From contig OX597816.1 in the NCBI GenBank assembly GCA_951406725.2, positions 99,944,001-100,008,000 of the forward strand: DNA of 64,000 nucleotides, read 5' to 3'. Within the stretch, counting starts at the first letter, position 1. Every line of letters begins with the position of its first letter. The position numbers and the translations under genes are program-made. Source of the stretch: Octopus vulgaris (taxonomy: Eukaryota). The notes beneath the pieces were generated by a model. That model saw only the letters and a program-made list of their open reading frames with translations, ran no database searches and was not told the DNA's origin. Below are positions 12,684 through 22,561 of the stretch, one piece after another.

Positions 12684-13204
12684 ATATATTTAGATTGTTT
12701 ATAAAGTTGTTAACTTGAAGAAATATTTGAACGAAGGCAAAAACTTCTTTATTCAAAATATGATTTGGAGTTGTACAAAAAGATAGAAAGCAAAAGAAAG
12801 TATATAAAAGTTTTGAATTTTTACGGTCAATTTCAGAGAGAAAACCATCTCATTTGAAGGCAAGCTACGTTCTTACTGATTTGGAGAATTCTTTGTGTGC
12901 ATGTGTGTAGGTATATGTGTATGTATATACGCACGCACACTACACGCCCCCATATATATATTACCGTATTTGATGGGATATGATGCACCTTTTTTTAAAA
13001 AAAATAATGTCTTTAAAAATTTCCCCAAGTCCTGTGAGCAAAGTTGTGTCTCCCTTAGGTTTTCATACACTAAAAACTTTTCTCCTGAATATGCGCAGCT
13101 GAAATTGCAGCAAGTTTAATATCCCCGAGTGTCTTGACCATCTCAGCAGCTGTAGTTCCATTTATCAGCTGTTTCTTCTTTCTTTACTGTATTGAAGATA
13201 CATT

Positions 13205-13380
13205 AGTTTCAAATTTTAGCCCAAGGCAAACAATTTTAGATGGCGGGATAAGTCGATTGCATCGTCTCCAATGCTCAGCTGGCACTATTATATCTACCCC
13301 GAGAGGATAAAAGCAAAGTCGACCTCGCTGGAATTTATAGATGGACGAAATGCTGCTATTCATTTTGCCCGGTTCCCCAC
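13205..13380 (-). mobile_element. SINE, same family as 12535-12683
   Basis: Reverse complement of the same core (GTTTCAAATTTT...AAAGTCGACCTCGCTGGAATTT). Confidence 0.65.
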
Positions 13381-13917
13381 CTTATATTTAAGATATATTG
13401 GTCTATTTTGGAGAGAGAGCTCATTCTGCTCTACCTTTGATATTCGAGTATTTTTTTTCTCATCTAGTTTTGCACTTGTGTGCTTTCTTGTGTTTGTGTG
13501 TCACTGGCGAAAATAATTTAAGACCGATGATAAAAGTTCTATTTCTTACAAAATATTTTGTTACTAACACCATACAAATCATTTCTATCTTTTACACCTT
13601 ATGCAGAATTTATTTCTCTTTCGAATGATGCAGACAATAACTATTTTTATACAACTTGAAGAATTCTAATGCTAAATTAATATAAACATAAACACCTTTA
13701 TGTATATATACATATGTGTGTATAATTGCCTAAATCAATATTCCCTTCTAATATATTTCGTCTTCATTATTAACCTTCGCAAATTATGTTGATAATTTAT
13801 GTTACAGAAAAATATGACGAAACTTCGTTAATAAAAAATATCAAAATCAAACACAAACAAACAAAATATATTTTCCTGAAGGAAAAGTAGGAAAAGCAAG
13901 TGTCACAGCTGCACCAC

Positions 13918-14087
13918 CTTCCGGTAAACACAGACTGAAGCAGACGACAGTTTCAATCATTTGCCAGACGACAAGGATGGCAGTGAAATTCGAACATAGG
14001 AATTATTGACGCCCCGTTTGTCATACAAATTGCTGATTATACACACACTCACACTTATCATTCGGTAGCTGAAATGTAATGGTAAGC
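13918..14087 (+). promoter_or_regulatory. Candidate promoter and first exon, copy 2
   Basis: ETS-type CTTCCGGT 13918-13925; degenerate YY1 AGGATGGCAG; ATG 14079-14081 followed by GTAAGC. Confidence 0.5.
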
Positions 14088-14441
14088 TATAATTGTAATG
14101 TTTTAGTTTATAATTAACATTGGTATTTACGTTTCTTCGTGAACTGCTAATGTATTTTGGTTTCATAAATTTGGTTTATATTTTCATATGGGATATCTAC
14201 TATGAGTCAATATATTTAAATCAATTTATTGTTTAAGCAGCTGTAAACTTTAGAAATATTTGATGGAAGACAAAATCTTCGCCGTTCAAAATATTATTTG
14301 TAGTCGTAAAAATGACCGAAACCGAAAGAAAGTACACAAAAGTTTTGGATTTTTCAGTAAATTTCTGAGACGACAATCTCATGAAGCCAAGCTACACCAT
14401 TCTCATTGATTTGATGTCTGAAGACGTCTTTATATGTAAAG

Positions 14442-14535
14442 GCGGAGGTAAAGAATACGTACACCACCCGTTTTCGGCGAAACAAAAACCCTAATCCTAA
14501 CCCTAAAACCGGGTGTACGTAATCTTTACTTTCGC
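14442..14535. mobile_element. Tiny fold-back MITE-like element with telomere-like (CCCTAA) centre
   Basis: GCGGAGGTAAAGAATACGTACACC...CGTTTT pairs with AAAACCGGGTGTACGTAATCTTTACTTTCGC; loop contains AACCCTAATCCTAACCCTAA; absent from duplication copy 1. Confidence 0.65.
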
Positions 14536-14936
14536 TATATATATATATATATATATACATACACACACACACACACAAACTGTATTTAATGGAATATGAG
14601 GTGCTTGTTTATTTTGTTTGTTTTTTTAATAAAATTTCTCAAAAAAATTCCCGGGTCTTATATGCAAAGTTAATACATCTTTTACCTCCGAACCCTTGCT
14701 GAAATTGCAGGGTGTTTAATATGCCCGTGCGTTTCAGCAATCAATCTAAATATGCAGTATTATATATCCATTAAAATAGCTACTTTATTGACAAATACAC
14801 TAGTGCATATTTTTTTCTGCTTTATGGTTTCTTGAACCTGTAACAAGCTCCTACATACTGCAGAATATATTGCTACAGGTCGCCCGCGCCTTGTGCCTTA
14901 TGTATATACATGTACATTTTTGAGGGTGTATGTATG

Positions 14937-14989
<53 letters not shown>

Positions 14990-15129
14990 TTAGGTAATTG
15001 TTCTGTATAGTTATATAAAAAATATATTAAAGGAAGATAAGTAGTTAAAGAAGCAGCATAATTTTTAAACAGCATAAAGACTGGCCGGTCGCCGCCAGAG
15101 AGAAAACGAACGTCTACTTTATCACAGTG

Positions 15130-15500
15130 GAATTACGCCAGAGGAACTCCTGAAGATATGAAATAAACAATTCGTCCGATGTCCGAAACTATCGTCTCAA
15201 CTTCCGTTTCACTTGCATCTACATGTTTTCCACATTTTGTGTGTGGACGTCTTGATCATGAGGTACAACGAAATATTAGTGTGTAATCACTTCCTGCGTG
15301 TAGGACCACCATTGAGGATATCGATGTTACTATATGCTCGCTATCCATCGCTATGTGAGACCCAGGCAAAATCCACCTTTGTATCAGCTCAGTTAAAGTT
15401 TTTTCTGTGCGGTCAGGTATTTTGCCCGAAAAATATTTTCTTTAGATTCTCTCTATGCCACCGAATACCCAATGACCCTTTGCTTCTTTTAATACTTATC
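15130..15500 (-). mobile_element. Merlin (IS1595/ISXO2-like) transposase fragment
   Basis: Manual translation across frameshifts: GHWVFGGIERES..PDRT..TLTELIQRWILPG..SDG*RAY..DVHTQNVENM*MQVKRKLR..SYLQEFLWRN, matching the Merlin DDE motif order. Confidence 0.8.
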
Positions 15501-15539
15501 TCTTAATTTTTATTGACTTATATACTTGGAGATGGATTG

Positions 15540-15955
15540 TTATCGCTAGTGATAACAATACTCAAAATATATGAGACTGGAATTGTAGGCCCGTCTCTTG
15601 CAATTTCGATCAATTGGATCTTGTCCTCCCTCTTGTATAGAAGTGTACGGCTGCAGCGAAATTCATTTTTGGACTTTCTTCTATGGAAGGCATCTAAACA
15701 AAAATGCTTCGGTAAAAACGATGAAAATATTGTCAATTTCCCCAAACGGACACAATTCAATTTTTAAACAATAACCAAAGCCCCTTCTCAGGGGAGGTAC
15801 GTTTACAATTATTTAACAAATGCAACACTACAACGTTTCTCTGACGAGGAACCAACACGTGATTACAATAGTCAAACAGTAATAATAATAACAACAAACC
15901 TTTTTAATTTATCCCCATTTATGTGAAACCACTTATTCAAGTTCAAGTCATTGAT
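15540..15955 (-). mobile_element. Helitron-internal repeat, near-identical to 18105-18536; longer inverted copy at 56280-57090
   Basis: Direct comparison from TATCGCTAGTGATAACAATACTC to GTTCAAGTCATTGATGCAAT. Confidence 0.85.
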
Positions 15956-16154
15956 GCAATTGTTCGATTATATAATAATATAAATAATATATATATTCTA
16001 GCAGAATTGCCCGGCGTTGCTCGGGGCTGAATTGCTTGAAAGTACTGTTAATGATTGCAGAGAATTATGATGATTATTCAGGCAAATATTGATATAAGTT
16101 TACGGCGAATGAATGTATTTGTAAGTTTAGCCGTGTAACGGGGTTCCTAACCCC

Positions 16155-17105
16155 TCATAGAATGGTGTAAGAATTGAATGCGAGGTTGCACACCTGGCCC
16201 TGGACCTTGAAAGTAGGCATCCAACCAGTTTCTCTGACAACGTTTGCCCCGAAAGAAGTCATGTGAAATGCACAATTGTGCTTCCTGATGAGTTGAAGGA
16301 ATTTTGATGACCTTGAGGTGGAACCATTAAGTAATTCCTTCAAAGGGTCTGGCAGCTCCCGAAGAGGGGGCAAGCTGACCTTACCGTTTAAGCAGCACAT
16401 TGCAGGTGGTTCCCCAGCCCACTTTTTAGCATTACAGAATTGGCAATTGAAGCACATTTCCTCAATATTTATGTCAGTGTGCATCGAGTAATTGAAGTTG
16501 GGCTCATACTTGAAAGCCCATAGATGCCAGTAAGGGCTGTTTGGACTTGTAAGACCGCAGGTAGCCTTGCGCCGTCGACTGTTCCGCTGGAATGTAGAAC
16601 GTTGCTGGTCTGAGTCATGGGAATGTGTCGCATGAGTAGCAGAAGCGAAGTTTGCAATGGTAATGTATCGGCCGTCTGCATGTTGAGAAGGCACGGAAGC
16701 AGTGCAGTGCACCTCGTTCATATGAAGGTGAGTGGTCGGTAGTTGTAAATGTTCCGAAAATGTTGAAGCAGCAGTAGCCGCAGTGTTTGTAACCAGTCGA
16801 GTGGCCCTTTGTTGTGGGTCCTCTGAAGCCCTTTGTGCATCAACAGCAGCAGCCCTTATGGCCATGCGATTCGACCTTGTTTCCGGACCCTCTGAAGCCC
16901 TGGAAGTAGCATCGTATGAAGCCATTTTTGCTCGGCGGGCGTTGCGCTGTTGTAAATTTTCAGTAGCTCGTGATTCCGCTGAACGTAAGGTACTCTGTGA
17001 AAGTCTGAAAGCCTTTTTGTCGGTGGACTCGTTTGCGATAATCACCTTTTGCGCCGCTGCTGCTGCAGTATGGCGGCTGAGGCATCTTCTCTTTTTCGGT
17101 GTCAT
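16155..17105 (-). CDS. Helitron RepHel N-terminal region (Arg/Ala-rich repeats and zinc-binding motif), truncated
   Basis: 316-aa ORF with CQFCNAKKWAGEPPAMCCLNGKV, FLQLIRKHNCAFHMTSFG and TFKVQGQV, characteristic of Helitron proteins upstream of the HUH Rep domain; ends about 150 bp before the 3' hairpin. Confidence 0.88.
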   Translation of the reverse strand: MTPKKRRCLSRHTAAAAAQKVIIANESTDKKAFRLSQSTLRSAESRATENLQQRNARRAKMASYDATSRASEGPETRSNRMAIRAAAVDAQRASEDPQQRATRLVTNTAATAASTFSEHLQLPTTHLHMNEVHCTASVPSQHADGRYITIANFASATHATHSHDSDQQRSTFQRNSRRRKATCGLTSPNSPYWHLWAFKYEPNFNYSMHTDINIEEMCFNCQFCNAKKWAGEPPAMCCLNGKVSLPPLRELPDPLKELLNGSTSRSSKFLQLIRKHNCAFHMTSFGANVVRETGWMPTFKVQGQVCNLAFNSYTIL

Positions 17106-17631
17106 TTTATGTAAAAAAGAAAGGGTGAAAGTTACTTAAAGATAGAAATAGTAATGTGAATGAAATGTGGAAAAATGTTGACCGTGGAAGGAAAAGAAAG
17201 AAATATTTGCAGCTGAAAGAAATTGTTTATGCAAGTATAGCGACAGAGTGTGTAAAGTGTATTAAAATTTGAGTTAAAAGCAAGAAAATAAAGTTAGATT
17301 TGTAAGAATGGGAGTAGTTTACGTACATGTTTGAAATGTGAAATGTTTTAGTTGTTTAATCAAATATTTGTGTAAAGTGTATAGAAACGTAAATTGAAAA
17401 ATAAAATGAATTGAAATTTTTAATAAAGGAATTTGTTTACATACATGTGTCAAATGGCAAATGTTTGTGTAGTTGTCCGAAATGGAACCAGGGTAAATGT
17501 GTGGAACTGATGTATTATAATGAATAGTCCATCTCATTCAGGGTACATTTGTGGCCGGGTATAAATACATGAAAGTACATGAAGTTTGTTAAAAAAAGGG
17601 GATCATGTATATACCTGCTGGCTGTTGAGAT

Positions 17632-17800
17632 TATAACACCTCGTAAACAATGTTCCTTGTTTTTCCTTGTGGGGCATATACAAAAAGGTTTCTTTTGGTT
17701 CCTACTCTTGAGCAGGCAACATACAGTTGCCTATGCGAGAAGCAGGGCTCTTCCAAGAGAAGACCAGCTACAGAGAGGGTTTGACCCTGAGATTTGTTAA
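17632..17800 (-). pseudogene. Helitron PIF1-like helicase C-terminus
   Basis: Translates NKSQGQTLSVAGLLLEEPCFSHRQLYVACSRVGTKRNLFVYAPQGKTRNIVYEVL* (helicase motifs V and VI). Confidence 0.9.
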
Positions 17801-17844
17801 ATGTATATATATGTATGTATGCCTGTATATATGTACAAAATCCA

Positions 17845-17970
17845 CTGAGAAGGCTTTTGTTGATCTGAAGCTACAGCAGAAGACACATGCCAAATCACCA
17901 CACAGTGGAACTGAACCCAGGACCATGTGTTTGGAACGTAGTTTGTTACCACACAGCCACACCTGCCCCT
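17845..17970 (-). mobile_element. tRNA-derived SINE head
   Basis: Reverse complement reads GGCTGTGTGGTAA...GGGTTCAGTTCCACTGTGTGG; same family at 30660(+), 38155(+), 51200(+), 59340(-). Confidence 0.7.
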
Positions 17971-18104
17971 ATGTATGTGTGCGTATGTGTGTATGGGTAG
18001 ATATATTATGCATGTATATATGTGTATATATATGTGTACATATTACATGTACATCTATATATATACATCTACACATAAAATACAAAATACAAAGTTATAT
18101 CTTG

Positions 18105-18536
18105 ATATCGCTAGTGATAACAATACTCAAAATATATGAGACTGGAATTGTTGGCCCGTCTCTTGCAATTTCGATCAATTGGATCTTGTCCTCCCTCTTG
18201 TATAGAAGTGTACGGCTGCAGCGAAATTCATTTTTGGACTTTCTTCTATGGAAGGCATCTAAACAAAAATGCTTCGGTAAAAACGATGAAAATATTGTCA
18301 ATTTCCCCAAACAGGGACACAATTCAATTTTTAAACAATAACCAAAGCCCCTTCTCCGACAGGGAGGAGGGTTACGGTTTACAATTATTTAACAAATGCA
18401 ACACAACAACGTTTCCCTGACGAGGAACCAACACGTGATTACAATAGTCAAACAGTAATAATAATAACAACAAACCTTTTTAATTTATCCCCATTTATGT
18501 GAAACCACTTATTCAAGTTCAAGTCATTGATGCAAT
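18105..18536 (-). repeat. Direct repeat of 15540-15955
   Basis: Near-identical sequence; both encode the same spurious-frame peptides in the ORF track. Confidence 0.9.
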
Positions 18537-18552
18537 TTTATACGAATTGCTA

Positions 18553-18593
<41 letters not shown>

Positions 18594-19638
18594 ATAAGGG
18601 TGAAAAATTGAATATTAATTTGATTAATATGAATTGAAAACCAGTGGTGTAGCATATAAGACCATAGTGGATCTTCCTCTAGCAGAAAGGATGACCAGTA
18701 TTAATGGCTCATCCCTGTTTTATAAATACTTTCACTTTAATTGTTGCGCACAAGGTAGTAAAAAGTTTTTTTAAAAAGTTATAATTATCGATATTTAATA
18801 GGTTGACTATGTTTGTGTATAAATAAAAATGTGAGTTAAGAATCTAGCTTCATATAAAGTGAGAGAGAAGTATATAGTAATATTATATAAGTAATGAGTG
18901 TTTAACTAATATTAAGGTTATTGTGTATTGTGAATATAAGAAAAAAATATTTATGGAGTAATGGGTGCACATAAGTATACTGAAACATCCGAAAATAATT
19001 CATATATAAATATCTTATAAAGGAAAATAATTTTATAGTGTATACAGATTCATTTGCAGAGAACAAATCTGCAAAATTTATGTATTCTAACTGTTTTTCA
19101 AGTTGTTTCATTTGAGGGTATATATGAAAGAGAGGACACTGTACAAGAAATATAAGTATACTTATACTGGTGCAAAGATAAGGAAAAAAATTGCCAAACA
19201 GATATAGATATAATTATTAACTATAATTACCCACACATATAAAAAGATGTTATTATATACAAATATATATACATGCCTATTTATATGTATGTCTATATAG
19301 TGGTGTATATATATATATATTTATACATATGTATATGTGTTTGTGAGTGTGGTACAAACGTTTATGTGCACCCGTTTTATTTAAAAAATACAAATTGGTG
19401 ATAACATATAGTTAATAAGCACACAATAATAATAATATAAATAAAATAGATGTACACACAATGATAAATAAAAATATCTATAAATGCACATGTTGTAGGC
19501 AAGTTGGACACCAAGAAGTATTATATGTCTTTGCATATATCAGTTGTAAGCTGTAATTAAATATTAGGTAGATCGGCAAGTAACATTAAACAATAATTGG
19601 AGTAGTTAAGAGGGGGAAGGGTTAAGTACATATTAAGC

Positions 19639-19753
19639 TACCCTGATGTAATCTCCAGGAATACAGGCATCCAGCAACAGGACCTCCGTAATGCTATGTC
19701 TGGCGTAGCATAGTAATTTCCATTGTCTCGACCACGGTCGAACAATGATGACG
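19639..19753 (+). mobile_element. 115-bp 5'-truncated RTE/RTEX-like LINE end with 11-bp TSD
   Basis: TSD ACATATTAAGC at 19628-19638 and 19754-19764; insert reads YPDVISRNTGIQQQDLRNAM and ends CGACCACGGTCGAACAATGATGACG. Confidence 0.75.
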
Positions 19754-20049
19754 ACATATTAAGCAAATGAAATAAATTACAATAAAGAAAGGTATATTAT
19801 ATACTAAGGGAAGATATGAGAATATACTGAGAGAAAGTGGGGTGGGTCCTGTAATTATAAGAGAGGATGGTTAAATAATAAATATATATACATATAGAAT
19901 AAGATCAATTGATGTGCAGAGTATTTGATGATTAATAATCTAATACCATAGAAAGGGTTAATATATAGAAAGATATTTAAAAAAAATATAGGTATTAGAA
20001 AGAAAAGGGAAATGATATTAAAATTAAAGTAGATGGGGGAATATTATTT

Positions 20050-20805
20050 ACGATCAATAAAAAGGAATTTGGACGTCTGTTTACATGAAAAACCTTTTTC
20101 CTCCCTAGTATTAATAAGGAGACCATTCTCATATTATAACTTTCTTCCAGGCATAACCTACAAATTTTGTTATTGTATCTATAAGATGGGGCTGAAGATA
20201 GGATTTTCCAATATATTGAGTAATCTATATTGTTTCTTTTGAGTTGCCAAATTTTTTTAGGTAGACCTGTGCTATTCTCTTTTCTAAGGTCATTAAAGGA
20301 AGATTTATTATTATTTATTCTTAAATTTATAGAATGCTTCGTACAACAGATGTATAGATATTTAGAGGAATTATGGGTAATAATGGTTGCTTGGTATATT
20401 ACTTCATTCATTTTACAATTTCCATCTACTTCACAACTATTTGGGTCTCTACAATTACAATTTAAATTATTAGTTGGTACTATGTTGTTATGTCTATATT
20501 TATTAGAGGTAATGGAGTTTTGGTTATTATGATAATAGTAGGTGTTAGTTATAGAATTATTGGAGTTACTAGGTATATTAGATGACGTTTTTTTTTAATT
20601 ATGGAATTGATCCAGTTTCTTACTGTTAAAGGAAAAGATTATCCTAAAAAGGTTTGGAGACACTGAAAATCCAAATCTAATTTTTTTGTTATTAAATATT
20701 TTTGCATATTTAGAGTTTTTAAAGTTTTTATTAATTATATTTCTAATGGATCTAATAAAATTAGATTTTAGATGTTTGGTAAAAGGTATCATCTTTAACT
20801 CAGAC
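20050..20805 (-). mobile_element. Third Naiad-type Penelope fragment (linker plus GIY-YIG)
   Basis: CNCRDPNSCEVDGNCKMNEVIYQA..YI..T..KIWQLK..WKIL..ICRLCLEE; upstream KYAKIFNNKKIRFGFS. Confidence 0.85.
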
Positions 20806-21257
20806 AATGCTGGGTACTTCTGTTAATCTAATATTTAATATATATAATTGCTTGTTTGTTTGTCTGTTTGTTACCAATGCATACAAAAACTAGTTAACCA
20901 ATTATGTTCAAACTTGGCATGAGAGGTCTTTACTCAGATGTAGGTTGTCCTCAAATTTGGACCAGTATTCTTTTGAGGGACATTCTTTTGAATGTCCCTC
21001 ATTCAACTCAATTTGAGTTCTCATTCAACGTAGTCTTGATTGTTTATAAAAAATGAATGGAAGCTAATGAAGTATGTGTGTGTGACATGCTGTTGTTAGT
21101 GTGTGTGTGTGGGTGTGTTCACCCCTTTGTCTCTCGTTAATTAATTTAATGTGAAGGGCAGAAAATAACTTCTACATGGTTAGTGCTGTAGCTAGAAATG
21201 GTAGCCAAATGACATTAGATATATTCCTCACCTCTCTCTCTCTCTCTGTATATATAT

Positions 21258-21813
21258 TGTTCTGAGTATAATTTCAAATAGTATTACACAAAATAGAACT
21301 ACTGTTCTCTTTTTCTGCAAGGGAAGATCAATAATAAATCAATAATTAATTCCAATGAAAAATAATTCATTTTGGTCATGTGACTTCAAAGCATGCTGCA
21401 TGGTTATTTGCACGAAGGATTATAAATAGTACTGAGTAAACAGTTGGTGTAGGACAGTTGATGCAGCAGTTGGTGTCAAACCATTAATGCAACTGTTGGT
21501 GTCGAACCATTGATGCAACAGCTGGTGTTGAACCATTGATGCAACAGCTGGTGTTGAACCATTGATGCAACAGCTGGTGTTGAACTGTTGATGCAACAGT
21601 TGGTGTCAAACTGTTGATACGACAGTTGGTGTTGGGCAGTTAATGTGAACAGAGTAGATGACACGAGCAGTTAGTATTGGTCAGTTAACACAAACAGTTG
21701 GTACAAGTTCTTTTTTTCACTCTAAACAAGTTGCCTTGCTGGGCTGGCCTGCAGTTTCTGAGCTGTTGACTGCTGGAAATGTGTTGGTGTATCAAGGGCC
21801 ACAGTTTGTAACA
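21258..21813 (+). mobile_element. Probable solo LTR
   Basis: Begins TGTT and ends TGTAACA; flanks ATAT/ATGT (possible 4-bp TSD); TATAAATAG at about 21421; internal tandem repeat. Confidence 0.55.
21441..21640. repeat. 26-bp minisatellite (GATGCAACAGCTGGTGTTGAACCATT), about 7-8 units
   Basis: Direct reading; each unit is two related 13-mers. Confidence 0.9.
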
Positions 21814-21830
21814 ATGTGTGCGTGTGTGCG

Positions 21831-21862
<32 letters not shown>

Positions 21863-22099
21863 TTCTACCTGGCTGGCTCCTGTCAACTGTCCTACTCATA
21901 CATGCATGCATGGAAGACGGGCATTAAATGATGATGATATTATTATTAAAAAACGTTAGCAATTTGTTGTTTTTTTTTTTTTGAGAACAAATGCTAATGT
22001 CCTACCTACATTTTCACACTGGGTTAAAGATAATAATGAAATTTCATTCAAAAGTTTGATATACAAATTTTTTCTTACTAATGTGATTCTAATGTTACT

Positions 22100-22430
22100 G
22101 GCATAACACCCTCCATTTCACAAATTTATATAAACACTTGACTATAAAAGATTTAAATCCTCCAAAATTCTGCAGTGGAGTAAGACTTATTGTGAAGAAA
22201 ATGATGCCACATGTTATAGAAGCTACTCTACTCTCTGGATGTGGAGCAAGCAATAATGCATTCATTACTAGAATTCCATTAATACCTACTGATTTACCAG
22301 TACAATTCAAAAGAGCACAGTTTCCAATTAGACTGTTTTGTGATGTCCATCAACAAATTGTGAAGACAGACATTTTCAGTAACTGGTTTGTGATTAAAGG
22401 AGCCTTGATTCTCTTATGGACAAACTTTTT
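22100..22430 (+). pseudogene. Helitron PIF1-like helicase fragment
   Basis: LNPPKFCSGVRLIVKKMMPHVIEATLLSG..FITRIPLIPTDLPVQFKRAQFPIRL, then frameshifted MSINK. A Helitron-like 5' end (TCTAATA...GTTTGTTTGTCTGT) lies near 20827. Confidence 0.9.
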
Positions 22431-22508
22431 GAGAGGTCCAAAAATAGAGAAAGAATGATTTCCAATAAAGATTCATCATATTCATATTACTTGCTCTGGC
22501 TATATATA

Positions 22509-22561
<53 letters not shown>

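Larger units (their letters stand above)
12234..14803 (+). repeat. Diverged tandem duplication: 12234-13205 and 13933-14803
   Basis: Shared blocks in the same order: ACTGAAGCAGACGACAGTT, CGTTTGTCAT, AATGGTAAG, TTTATATTTTCAT, GAAATATTTGA, CAAGCTAC, GCTGAAATTGCAG. Offset 1694 at the ATG. Confidence 0.88.
15998..18555 (-). mobile_element. Mosaic, internally rearranged Helitron
   Basis: 3' terminus on the minus strand: hairpin CCCGAGCAACGCCGGG then CTAG at 15998-16001; contains RepHel N-terminal ORF and helicase C-terminal fragment. Confidence 0.8.

Noticed and set aside
15835-15865. Hammerhead core CTGACGAG in the Helitron repeat (also near 18417)
   Set aside because: No stem II followed by GAAA; better read as a simple hairpin.
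17585-17801. Insertion flanked by a 9-bp TSD TTTGTTAAA
   Set aside because: The right repeat is part of the helicase NKSQGQT coding sequence and Helitrons make no TSD; probably coincidence.
17727-18341. 204-aa plus-strand ORF
   Set aside because: Runs through antisense helicase, a SINE, microsatellite and the Helitron repeat.
21441-21640. CRISPR-like array
   Set aside because: Contiguous 26-bp tandem units without unique spacers.
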